A stretch of DNA of 64,000 nucleotides from an uncultured bacterium (GTDB lineage Bacteria > Armatimonadota > JACIXR01), in contig CALITO010000008.1 of NCBI GenBank assembly GCA_938041455.1, forward strand, positions 120,416-184,415, read 5' to 3'. This document shows positions 47,626 to 57,700 of the stretch, piece after piece. The notes beneath the pieces are model-generated. The model was not told where the DNA came from, made no database searches, and saw only the letters and a program-made list of their open reading frames with translations. A program made the translations under genes and the position numbers. How positions within the stretch are numbered: position 1 is the stretch's first letter; every line of letters starts with the position of its first letter.

Positions 47626-50196
47626 ATGAGCACGAATCTCTACCTTTTAGATGGACAAGGGTTACTTTACCGAGCTTATCACGCCTTGCCTTATTTGTCA
47701 ACTTCAAGTGGTATGCCCACAAATGCTATTTATGGTTTTGCTTCTATGCTTGTCCGTCTGGTCTCTGACCGTTCCATAGATTATGCGGTTGCTGCTTTTG
47801 ATATGCCTGTGCCTACTGTGCGTCACAAAAAATATGAAGCTTACAAGGCAGGGCGCCCTCCGATGCCTGACGACCTTTCCCTCCAGATACCCTATATAAA
47901 AGAGATCGCCCTTGCTTTTGGAATGGTTATAAAGGAACTTCCGGGATACGAGGCGGATGATATAATCGCTACATTAGCTCTTCAAGGTAAAGAAAAGAAC
48001 TGGAATGTCTTTATCATTTCTGGAGACCTTGATTGCCTCCAGATAGTGGGAAAAAACATAAAACTTCTGATACCGAGAGTCGGCATCAGCGATTTGCAAG
48101 AGATAGACGAGGAAGCGGTGTGGAAAAGGTATGGCGTTCCGCCAGCTAAGATACCGGATTTGAAAGCGCTGGCTGGCGATGCTTCTGATAACCTGCCAGG
48201 TGTTCCAGGTATAGGGCCTAAGAAAGCCTCCCAATTGTTGGAGAAATTCTCTTCCGTTGAGGAGCTTTACCAAAGGGTGGATGAATTGCCCGAACAGATG
48301 CGGAAAATCCTTCTCCCCTATGAGGAAGTAGTTAGACTTAACAAAGACCTCGCTCTGCTCAAAGTAGACCTCCCAGTTTCCCTTGCCGATATCTCCCCCT
48401 TTAAGCCCGATTGGGCTCGCTTAAGGAAAATTTTCCAGGAGTTAGAGATGAAAAATCTTATTAATCGTCTACCACCTGAGAAAGGTTCGTTGTCCTCCGT
48501 GGGAAAGGGGGAGGAAAAAAAATATGGAGAAGCCCCTGAAAAACTATTAGAGCTCCTCCACAAATCTCCTCAAGAAATAGTAATTCATTCGAGCGAAGGC
48601 AAAATCTGCATAGGCACTAAATCAGGAGAAGTTTTCTCCTTCCCTCTCTACCCGGAGAGAGGACTCTTCGGAGCAGGAGATAACAGTATAGCACAGTTTA
48701 AACTGTTCCTCGAAGGGGAGCATATTCCCAAGATAGGGCACAATTTAAAGAGTTTGTCTCTACTTCTAAAGAGGGAAAAGAACATAGGCTTGGAAGGCAT
48801 TACTTTTGATACAATGCTTGCTTCATATCTCCTGAACCCCCTCAGGGGAAGTTATGAGTTAGAAGATATTTACAGGGAAATATTGGGTGAGGAATTGCCG
48901 AGGGATCCCCACCTTCAAACGCTGAAGATTTTCTCTCTCAGGGATGTGTTGGAAGAAAGGTTGGAGAAAGAGGGGTTAAAATATGTTTTTTCTGAGATAG
49001 AGATGCCTCTTCTACCCGTGCTTTTGGATATGGAATTAACAGGCATCAAGATAGATATAGAATTTATGAGGAAGCTATCTGCAGAGATATTGGAAAGGAT
49101 GAGGGAAGTGGAGAAGGAAATATACCAGATAGCGGGTATTGAGTTCAATATAGCTTCTCCCAAACAGCTGAGGGAGGTGCTTTTGGAACGTCTTAAACTC
49201 CCTTTGGGAAAGAAGAAAAAGACAGGATTTTCCACTGATGCCGAGGTATTAGAGGCACTTGCTCCCCAACACGAAATTGCGAGGAAAATACTGGAGTGGC
49301 GGGAGCTATCTAAGAGTAAGGGAACATACATAGATGTCCTACCAAAGCTTGCTGATAAGAAAGGGAGAGTGCACACTTCCTTTAATCAATGCATAACTGC
49401 CACCGGGAGGCTTTCCTCCTCGGAACCAAATTTGCAAAACATACCAATAAGGGGAGAGTGGGCAAAGAAGATAAGACAGGCGTTTATAGCGGAAGAAGGG
49501 TATTTACTGGTTTCAGCAGACTACTCGCAAATAGAGTTGCGTATACTCGCTCACATAAGCGGAGACAAGGCACTTATAGAGGCTTTCCAAAGAGGAGAGG
49601 ATATTCATATCCTCACAGCTTCTTCTATATTCGGTGTGCCTTTGGAACAAGTAAATGAAGAGTTGAGAAGAAAGGGTAAGACGGTAAATTTTGGGATAGT
49701 CTATGGGATATCTGAACTCGGCTTAGCAAAAGAGTTAGGTATATCAGAGGAAAAGGCAAGAGAATACATAGACCAGTATTTTCAGAGGTTCCCTGGAGTT
49801 AAGGAATATGTAGCACGCACTATAGAGGGAGCGACTAAGGATGGCTATGTAAGGACTATTTTGGGGAGAAAGCGTCCTCTTCCTGAGTTACTCAGCTCCA
49901 ACAAGATGAGGAGGGAATTTGGAAAAAGAGCGGCCATAAATGCTCCCATACAGGGGAGTGCGGCGGACTTGATAAAGTTGGCGATGATAAGGATACATAA
50001 AAAATTCAAGGAAAGAAATCTACCCGCCAGGCTACTGCTCCAGGTGCACGATGAATTATTGATAGAAGTGAGGGAAGATATGGTAGAGGAAGCGAAAGGT
50101 ATCTTAAAGGAAGAAATGGAAAACGTTTACCCCCTTTCCGTTCCCCTGGTGGTCAAAATAGGGGAAGGAATTAATTGGGGGGAAATAAGCCATTAA
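47626..50196 (+). CDS. polA: DNA polymerase I
   Basis: 5'-nuclease domain (GDASDNLPGVPGIGPKKA) and polymerase motifs A DYSQIELRILAH, B RRKGKTVNFGIVYGIS and C QVHDEL. 856 aa. Confidence 0.95.
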   Translation: MSTNLYLLDGQGLLYRAYHALPYLSTSSGMPTNAIYGFASMLVRLVSDRSIDYAVAAFDMPVPTVRHKKYEAYKAGRPPMPDDLSLQIPYIKEIALAFGMVIKELPGYEADDIIATLALQGKEKNWNVFIISGDLDCLQIVGKNIKLLIPRVGISDLQEIDEEAVWKRYGVPPAKIPDLKALAGDASDNLPGVPGIGPKKASQLLEKFSSVEELYQRVDELPEQMRKILLPYEEVVRLNKDLALLKVDLPVSLADISPFKPDWARLRKIFQELEMKNLINRLPPEKGSLSSVGKGEEKKYGEAPEKLLELLHKSPQEIVIHSSEGKICIGTKSGEVFSFPLYPERGLFGAGDNSIAQFKLFLEGEHIPKIGHNLKSLSLLLKREKNIGLEGITFDTMLASYLLNPLRGSYELEDIYREILGEELPRDPHLQTLKIFSLRDVLEERLEKEGLKYVFSEIEMPLLPVLLDMELTGIKIDIEFMRKLSAEILERMREVEKEIYQIAGIEFNIASPKQLREVLLERLKLPLGKKKKTGFSTDAEVLEALAPQHEIARKILEWRELSKSKGTYIDVLPKLADKKGRVHTSFNQCITATGRLSSSEPNLQNIPIRGEWAKKIRQAFIAEEGYLLVSADYSQIELRILAHISGDKALIEAFQRGEDIHILTASSIFGVPLEQVNEELRRKGKTVNFGIVYGISELGLAKELGISEEKAREYIDQYFQRFPGVKEYVARTIEGATKDGYVRTILGRKRPLPELLSSNKMRREFGKRAAINAPIQGSAADLIKLAMIRIHKKFKERNLPARLLLQVHDELLIEVREDMVEEAKGILKEEMENVYPLSVPLVVKIGEGINWGEISH

Positions 50197-50209
50197 GGCG
50201 GACAAAATC

Positions 50210-51337
50210 TTATTCTTCTATGTAGCCTTTCTCTTTAGCCATATGATAATATCGTTCAGGGTCCGAAATAGACGCTTTCACAAGTTCAAGATAATAGAGA
50301 AAGTTCTCCAATGGGACATCGGGAGGAACCGAATGGTCAACGAAGGGGAAATATCCCCCCTGCATTGCCAACCAAGGAACCTTTCGCAAAACTTCTCTTT
50401 CTATCTCGTCCTTTGAACGAGCAAGTACCCTTTTATCAATATTCCCCATAAGTAAGAGGTCTTTCCCATATTTCTTTCTCAAACTGATTGCATCTTGGTT
50501 AGCCGCTACTTCAAGGGGGTATACCCCATTCACTCCCCCTTCAAGCCAGAGAGGAATTATGGGGTCATTATTGCCATCGCTATCTACCCAGATGATATCT
50601 ATGCCGTGGCTCCGTAGAAATTCTGTTACTCTCTTATAACAGGGTAGCATTATCTCCCGGAAATGCTTTGGAGAGATAAGGGGTCCCACCTTCATTCCCA
50701 AATCTTCCCAGAATAGGGCGAAATCCAGCTCTATTTCCTCCACAGCCTTTCTTATAACCTCTATTACGAAATCGGCTATATATTCGTCTATTTCCCTTAC
50801 GAAACCGGGGTCATCGTATAACATATAGGAAAGCCTCTCCATTCCCATCCAGTTTCTTACCCATCCGTAAAAGGAGCCCACGCTTATCCCCAGGGGGTAA
50901 TCTCTATTCTTTACTGATCTTTTATAATCTTCCCACCAGGCGGGATATCTACAGGGGGATTTGGGGTTCAACCTTTTCTTATATTCTTCCCAATCCTCCC
51001 TTGTCTTGACAGGGTAATCAAGCCACAAGGGCATGGAGAGCTCTGACTTATCCAGAAAGACTTTCTTTATTGTTCCATCGGAATCTCTTATCACCGTGGT
51101 CTTCTCCGCTTCGTCCACCTCTAAAGTTTCTACCTCAAAAGGTGGCACGAGCCCCAAGTTTATGGGCACAACCTCATAACGGTCAAATCCGAAGTAATGC
51201 ACCAAGTGCTCATCTTTGGGCAAGCCCTCTTCTTGCCATCTCAAAATCGTCTCATGCCAAAACCACTGGGGAACAAGAAAGGCTCTATCGGGATTGCCGA
51301 ATCTCGCTGTTTCCCGATATCGTTCTCTGTAGTTCAT
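50210..51337 (-). CDS. uroporphyrinogen-decarboxylase (URO-D) superfamily protein, function unknown
   Basis: N-terminal MNYRERY...PDR pattern and C-terminal GGYFPFVDHSVPPDVPLENFLYYLE, as in URO-D/MtaA-like TIM barrels. I prefer the ATG at 51337 (GGAG 9 nt upstream). Confidence 0.55.
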   Translation of the reverse strand: MNYRERYRETARFGNPDRAFLVPQWFWHETILRWQEEGLPKDEHLVHYFGFDRYEVVPINLGLVPPFEVETLEVDEAEKTTVIRDSDGTIKKVFLDKSELSMPLWLDYPVKTREDWEEYKKRLNPKSPCRYPAWWEDYKRSVKNRDYPLGISVGSFYGWVRNWMGMERLSYMLYDDPGFVREIDEYIADFVIEVIRKAVEEIELDFALFWEDLGMKVGPLISPKHFREIMLPCYKRVTEFLRSHGIDIIWVDSDGNNDPIIPLWLEGGVNGVYPLEVAANQDAISLRKKYGKDLLLMGNIDKRVLARSKDEIEREVLRKVPWLAMQGGYFPFVDHSVPPDVPLENFLYYLELVKASISDPERYYHMAKEKGYIEE

Positions 51338-51378
51338 CTGCATCATCTCCTTTTTGCAAAATATTATTTGAAAATAAA

Positions 51379-52527
51379 TTATAAATAAACCCCGTATTTC
51401 TTTCCAGCATTATACATAGCTTGAAAATTCCTTAAGGGGGTTTGAGGGGAGACATTATTTCCTTCACAGAATATCCACTTTCCCCCTTCCATAACGCCAG
51501 ACTGGCAAATCCTTTTGGTTTCCTTTTCGATCTCCTTAGGAGTTCCACTTCGCAGCAGCTCAGGATGCAAATTGCCGCGCAAAAGCACATCCGGTCCCAG
51601 TTCCCTCCTCGCCAATCCCAGGTCTGTGGGGAAGCCGAGGTCGAAAGAGGTAATATTAAGCTCGGTTTTCAAAATTTTCAAGTGCCTCTGGACTTTCCCA
51701 CAAAGGTGAATGGAGTTAGGTCCCCCTTTAGAAAAGGTGTTTACCAAACGCTTATGATAAGGGAGGACGAACTCTTTGTAATGCGGGGTTGAAAGAAGCT
51801 CTATGGAATCATCAGCAAAGCCCCAGCTTTGCGCCGGATATTCCCATCCCATTAAATCCCAGATTGCTTTTATCCTAACGATCGTGGCCTCGGTTATAAA
51901 ATCTAATAACCTATGCACAAAATCGGGCTGCTCATAAAGAGTAATACAAAGTTCGGTGGCTCCCATAAGGGCAGCAGCAACCGTGAAGGGTCCATCAGTT
52001 CCTCCTCCTGGAGGATAGGCCGTTTCACCAACTGGTATTCCCTCGAATTCTGCTTCTTTTAACTTTTCCTTAAAGTATTGGTATATCTGCATTCCGAACC
52101 CCATCCAGTTATCCTTTAAGGGGTCTGGTATACCTTTTTCTAACATTTCCTCCAATTTATTTCGTGGCAAAGGCGCAGCGTAGGGGACATTGTTTTTGGG
52201 GAAAATCACGTTGTTTCCGAGCCATCCAGCTTCATAGAAATTCTGTAAGTCTACGTAAACTCCTCCCCAATTATGCCGGGGATAACCCATCTCCATATCC
52301 TGAGGCACATTCAAGCGTATCCATTTCCTCAATTTGAGTTGGACTTCAAACATCACATCCGGGTCTTTTATATACTCCTCAAATGTATAACCTTCCTTAT
52401 TAAGTTCGGGTGTTAAAAGATAGAAACGAGGGTTAAAATTGAACACGATTGGCACCCTATAAGGTTTACCTTGATTGAAAGCATCCCAAAGTTTTTTAAC
52501 TTCCTCGTTATGCTTTTCGTAGTCCAT
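51379..52527 (-). CDS. uroporphyrinogen-decarboxylase (URO-D) superfamily protein, paralogous type
   Basis: KPYRVPIVFN N-terminal pattern and C-terminal GGKWIFCEGNNVSPQTPLRNFQAMYN. It starts 5 nt after the Omp85 stop. Confidence 0.55.
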   Translation of the reverse strand: MDYEKHNEEVKKLWDAFNQGKPYRVPIVFNFNPRFYLLTPELNKEGYTFEEYIKDPDVMFEVQLKLRKWIRLNVPQDMEMGYPRHNWGGVYVDLQNFYEAGWLGNNVIFPKNNVPYAAPLPRNKLEEMLEKGIPDPLKDNWMGFGMQIYQYFKEKLKEAEFEGIPVGETAYPPGGGTDGPFTVAAALMGATELCITLYEQPDFVHRLLDFITEATIVRIKAIWDLMGWEYPAQSWGFADDSIELLSTPHYKEFVLPYHKRLVNTFSKGGPNSIHLCGKVQRHLKILKTELNITSFDLGFPTDLGLARRELGPDVLLRGNLHPELLRSGTPKEIEKETKRICQSGVMEGGKWIFCEGNNVSPQTPLRNFQAMYNAGKKYGVYL

Positions 52528-52532
52528 AATTT

Positions 52533-54188
52533 TCAGAAGGGATGTCCAATGCTAAAGTGCGTCCGAGCTCCCTCGGAACCTACCGCATAATCAAGCCTTA
52601 TGGGACCGAGAGGGGTTTCAAACCTCAAGCCGATTCCCGTTCCCATACGAGGAGAAAAGTTAGGAGTTGTGGAGTATTTTCCTCCCCAAGCGGAACCACA
52701 ATCTACAAACACCGCTCCATAAAAAGCTTTCTCCAGTGGAATCCTTAATTCAACCGAAAGCAAAGCCATTTTATCACCCCAAAAACGGTCTTCTCTATAA
52801 CCTCTAAGAGAATCCGCTCCTCCTACCGTGAAATATTCAAAGGCGGGCAAGGAACCTTCTGCTATTGCCAGATCGCCTCTAATAGCGAGCACATAATTTC
52901 CCCTTTTCCCAATGGGTTTATACTGGCGCAGGTCTATCTCCTGTTTCGTGAAGAAGGAGGAGGATTGTCCTACTTCTAAGGAGTAGATGTGGTAATATCC
53001 CTTCCTTGGGCTTCGTCTAACATCCCTTGTGTCAAGGTAGTAGCTGGACCTCAGTGCTGTTACTTTCCCCTCAACACGTCCAAAAGTAGGTAGCCCTGCT
53101 CCTTCCTCGGGGTTAATTGCTACCTCCTCACTTCTCAAGCCGAGCGACACTCTTCGCCAATCAGTTAAGGGTCTTTCAAACATCGTGGAGACCCCCTTGC
53201 GATATTCATCATAGCGCGATGTCTCTTTCTCTGTTACCCACCTGTATAGCACCTTGTCATAAAGTGATATATTAAAGGATGTGTTCTTCATATCTATCCA
53301 GGGTTTGTAATACCCAAGTTCATAGCTTCGCTTGCTTGTATAACCCCCTACTTCCCAAAGAAAATGCACACCCTCCGCCATTCCTCTAAAGTTGTTCTCC
53401 AAAATCTCCGCCCTTCCTACCAAGCCTTGTTGCTCACTATAACCCAATCCCACCATAACCTGTCCTGTTTTCATCTCGGTAATGTCTAAAATAACATTTA
53501 CTGTGTCCTCCGTTGCTCCTGGTTGAAGGTCAATCACAACGTTCTCAAAAAGCCCAAGGTCAAACACCCTTTTCCTATCTGCCGCTAATGCCTCTATATT
53601 AAGTAGACTTCCTGGCTCGCTTCTAATGAACCTTTCCACCACCGCTGGCTTTGTTTTACGAAGCCCTTTTAGTTCTATTTTCCCTATCTTGAGCTCGGTT
53701 ACATATATTATGAGCGTGCCTTCCAGGGTTGGCTCCGGCTCACGGGAGAAGGTGGCTATATACCCCTTCTCTCTGTAACGATTTATGATACTCTCAAGGT
53801 CGCTACGAAGGGTGTTTATGTTCAATACCTGGTTTTTACCACTTTTCAACCAAGAGAGAATCTCTCCCTCAGAAAAAACGGTTGCTCCTTCAATCTTGAT
53901 GTCCTTTATAAAGGGATTCTCTAATACTATAAATGTAACTATTACCCCCTGAGGTGTTTCTTCCCTTACCGCCTTGACTTGATAGAAATATCCCATCTGA
54001 ATTATTGCTTTTTCGTCAGCTGCCAGCTTTTGGTCATTTAGCTCTTCCCCTACTTTAGTGGATATCACGCCCATTATAACTTCCTTTGAAATATGCTCGT
54101 TCCCTATTACTCTTACCTCCACTACCTGAGCTGCATAAAGGTAGGCGTTAAGGAGCAAACAAAGAAGGAACTGATAAAATCTTCGCAT
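52533..54188 (-). CDS. Omp85-family outer-membrane assembly protein (BamA/TamA-like, about 3 POTRA)
   Basis: Signal peptide, three POTRA-like modules of about 75 aa (about aa 21-240), a beta-barrel of about 310 aa, a GGADSLRGY motif and a terminal ...HFSIGHPF. Confidence 0.85.
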   Translation of the reverse strand: MRRFYQFLLCLLLNAYLYAAQVVEVRVIGNEHISKEVIMGVISTKVGEELNDQKLAADEKAIIQMGYFYQVKAVREETPQGVIVTFIVLENPFIKDIKIEGATVFSEGEILSWLKSGKNQVLNINTLRSDLESIINRYREKGYIATFSREPEPTLEGTLIIYVTELKIGKIELKGLRKTKPAVVERFIRSEPGSLLNIEALAADRKRVFDLGLFENVVIDLQPGATEDTVNVILDITEMKTGQVMVGLGYSEQQGLVGRAEILENNFRGMAEGVHFLWEVGGYTSKRSYELGYYKPWIDMKNTSFNISLYDKVLYRWVTEKETSRYDEYRKGVSTMFERPLTDWRRVSLGLRSEEVAINPEEGAGLPTFGRVEGKVTALRSSYYLDTRDVRRSPRKGYYHIYSLEVGQSSSFFTKQEIDLRQYKPIGKRGNYVLAIRGDLAIAEGSLPAFEYFTVGGADSLRGYREDRFWGDKMALLSVELRIPLEKAFYGAVFVDCGSAWGGKYSTTPNFSPRMGTGIGLRFETPLGPIRLDYAVGSEGARTHFSIGHPF

Positions 54189-54203
54189 CCGCTTTTGACC
54201 TCC

Positions 54204-54767
54204 TCATTTATTTATATAAGGTTCCAATAACTTTCTCAACATTTTTCTCGCCCTATGGAGCTTTACTCTTACAGTTTGCTCATTTGTCCCCATCATATCC
54301 GCTATCTCCTTATAAGAAAAACCTTGGAGATCGTGCAAAACTACTACTTCTTTATAGGGAAGTGGGAGAGCTTCCACAGCCCTTTGCACCGCTTCCTGAA
54401 GATTCATCTCCTCTAGGATTGTATGAGGTGCTACGGATTCATCGGGCACTTCTATCTCCAATTCACTATCCTCTGTTTCTATTCGCTGGTTTAGGGAAAC
54501 CACCTTTAATCTTCTCTTTTCCTGCGCCATTTTGGTCCTGCAAAGATTAAGAGCTATTTGATAGATCCAGGTATAAATGTGGGCTTCACCCCGAAAGCTT
54601 TTTAGTCCTTTATAGACTCGGACAAAGGTTTCTTGAGTTAAGTCCGCCGCCTCGTCATAATCCCCCACTATTCTATATATCATATTGAAGATCCTTTTCT
54701 CATATTCATCCAATATCTCCTCAAATACTCTGTCTAACTCTTCTTTGCTTAATCTGGAATGTTCCAT
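54204..54767 (-). CDS. ECF-type RNA polymerase sigma factor (sigma-24/RpoE-like)
   Basis: Region 2 (DLTQETFVRVYKGLKSFRGE...TWIYQIALN) and region 4 (SYKEIADMMGTNEQTVRVKLHRARKML). 187 aa. Confidence 0.85.
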   Translation of the reverse strand: MEHSRLSKEELDRVFEEILDEYEKRIFNMIYRIVGDYDEAADLTQETFVRVYKGLKSFRGEAHIYTWIYQIALNLCRTKMAQEKRRLKVVSLNQRIETEDSELEIEVPDESVAPHTILEEMNLQEAVQRAVEALPLPYKEVVVLHDLQGFSYKEIADMMGTNEQTVRVKLHRARKMLRKLLEPYINK

Positions 54768-54771
54768 CTCT

Positions 54772-57700
54772 CTAAAACCTCGTAGATCCTTCTATCCCCC
54801 ATATTTTTCTCTTGAGCTCGTCTGTGGTGAAAGTGAGGTAGATGTCTCCCCCGATGTTTTTTTCTAAGCTTATTGTATATCTTTCCTGAGGAGTTGTCAA
54901 CCAGCGAGAGTAAACGATGTAAGTTTTGGGCGAAATACTCTGCTTTAACCTCAATATAGGGTATCCTTCCAAACCATATTCTAAAGATATTTCTTCCAAT
55001 CCCGTTATCTCCGATAAGGCAAACTCCAAAGGGGCAAGAACTCTCTCTCCTAACCCAAGAGCGAAGGCGCTAGCAAGTTCCTTCTTAAGGAACTGCTCGG
55101 GATTTGCTGCAAATTCCTCGGGAACAAACATTGCCAGTATCGCGTTCTGGGGCAGAGGAGGTGAACTGGCGAATCTTAATTGCAAGTTGTCATAAGGTCC
55201 GCTTATATAAGCCGTTATTTTATAGCCTTGTAATCTTGTTTCTGCCCGAGCGAAGACATCCAAATTCAAAACATTTCCCAGATAAACTACATTAACTGCT
55301 CCTTCCTTTAACCTGAAAACATAACTTGATATAAGCACCAGCCCACTACGGGAAGAGAAGTGCCCTTGTAACCTGGGATTGCTTAGGGAACCGATAAGGC
55401 TGAGCCTGCCCTCCGTTAAAACCCGAGAGCCAGAAGAGATAAACCAACAATTATTGCCCAGACTAACTGTGAGAAGGAAAGCAGGGTTAAACCTCCTGCT
55501 GTAGGTGATTTTCTTAGTTTCTCCAGGGGGAGTATAAGAGGATAGGTCAAGCTTTGCATTGGAGAGCGAGAGACTGCCCAATAAAAGAGGATACCTTATG
55601 CTCCCCGCTATGTTCAGGAAGCCATTTAGGCTCCCTTGAATCCTTTCTCCATATCCAGAGATACTGTGTCCTTTTATAGTCGCGTTCCTTAAAGAAAGGG
55701 CTGTTTCCATTTTTATTCCTTCCTTACCCATATAGATATTACCCTTCATTTCTCCCTCCCCTTCTCCTAGTTGGAAGGAAGCATCCTCAAGAGTTGCCCT
55801 ATTTTTTTGAAGGACGAGCTTTGCTTTGATATTTTTTAGAGTCTCTTCAAACCCATTTGGTTTCATATTGCCTTTTTCTAAAATTATTGAACCGGAAGCC
55901 AATGGGTCATCATAAGTTCCCCTCACTGTAATATCTCCCGACACCTCTCCTTCCAATTTCTCTAAGAAAGGTGTAAATTTTTTCAACCAACCGATGTCTT
56001 GCTTTTCCCAGGAAAGTGCTATATAAATTGGTTTGTCTTTTCTTAATCCACCCCTCGTCTCCAAAGGTAGCTCAGCTTCGCCCCTAACCTCTTTCCCTCC
56101 CCTACTTAACACTATTTCCTTTAGTGCCAAATTTTTGCTATCCCACTCCGCGGAGAGCTTCAAATTTTCCAACTCCACGCCATTCAACTTTATCCCAGGA
56201 GAGTTAAAGGAAAGAGAAACTAAGGGGGAGTCGAAGTTTCCCTTACTTACAACTGTTGCCTTACCTTTTCCTTCCGGCTGAAACTGGGGAAGAACCGAAG
56301 TAAATATTGAAAGGGGTAGGTTTTCCGCCTCAAAGGAGAGGGAAAAATCCTTCTTTAATAAGTCTAATTCCGCCTGTCCGTCCAAAACAAAATCTTCCTT
56401 TGCTCCTCTCAAATCCCTTATGTATAGTTTATTGTCCTCAAGAGAGTAATCGCCTTCCAAAGTTGACAACTTAACATAGCGGTTGCTCAATTCCCTACAG
56501 CGGAACATCCCACTCAGCTTTGGCTTCTCCCAGTTACCACCTATTGTAAGATTGGTAGATAGATTTCCCTCAAACTCGCTAGCAAGTGGGGAAAACCTTT
56601 CCACAAGCGCAACAGGTAGATTGTCCCCCTGGAGATAACCCCTTATGTTTCCCTCTTCAAAGCTATAGGAAAGGGAAGCAAGCAATTTTCCTTCCTTTAG
56701 AAGGTAAGAGATATCCCTCGCCTCTACCAATCTTTTATCAGCATATATTTTTGCTGATAACCTCCCCCTCTCTCCTTTATAGTTTACATCACCTCCCAGT
56801 TCACCCCGAAAAAGAGGAGAACCAAGTGGTCCCTCCACTTGCCCCCTTAGATTTATATAACCTTCTATGCCCTCTTCCCTGAAAGGAAATTGAGAAAGGG
56901 ATAGATGTTTTCCTTCTATGGATATTAATACATCGCTTTGCGAGATTTCCCCATTGAAGTCGAGCTCTCCCTCTTCCAGAAGGACTCTCCCCTTCTCTAT
57001 AACACCCCTACCCTCTTTCCAATGCAAGTCCACACTCGCCTCTTTTACATAGTTGTCCTTGATAATAATCTCGCGGGCTTCTCCCTGAAGCTCCAAGCGG
57101 GGAGACTGTAAGCTCCCTTCTATGACAAAATTCCCCTCCCCTACCCCTGCTTCTACTAAATCTGGATAAAAAACTTGGCTAAGTAAGAGATTATGAACTT
57201 CGCCTTGTAACCTTATGCTTCCCGTTGTCCAAGAAATTTCCCCCTGTGCCCTACCCTCCCCCATACCTTTGGTGAAATTTAATTGAGAAACAATCAATCT
57301 TTCTCTCTCCCCTTCAAACTGGCAAAAAAGATGGTCAACATCATGGGTTCCATAACCAATATCAAAAACCTCAATACCGCCCTCAAATTTAGGTTCGGAA
57401 AAAGTGCCTTTTATTTTACCTCTTACATAGGCAAATCCTTTGCTCCCCTCCACCCCGAATAGTTGGGCTATCCTCCCCATGTCCAAATCCATCCCTTCTA
57501 AATCTCCCTCTATTTTCCGTTCTTTTATGTCCACTTCGCCAGCAAAAGCGAAGACCCCTTTGTCGTCTTCTGCTCCTAATTTCTCTATCTTCAAGATACC
57601 ATTATCATATCCCAATGCTATGTATATATTTTCTTCCAAAACTTTTACATACTTAAACTGGGAAAGTAATGCTTCTGCTTCAAAGGACGGTGTTTCTCCC

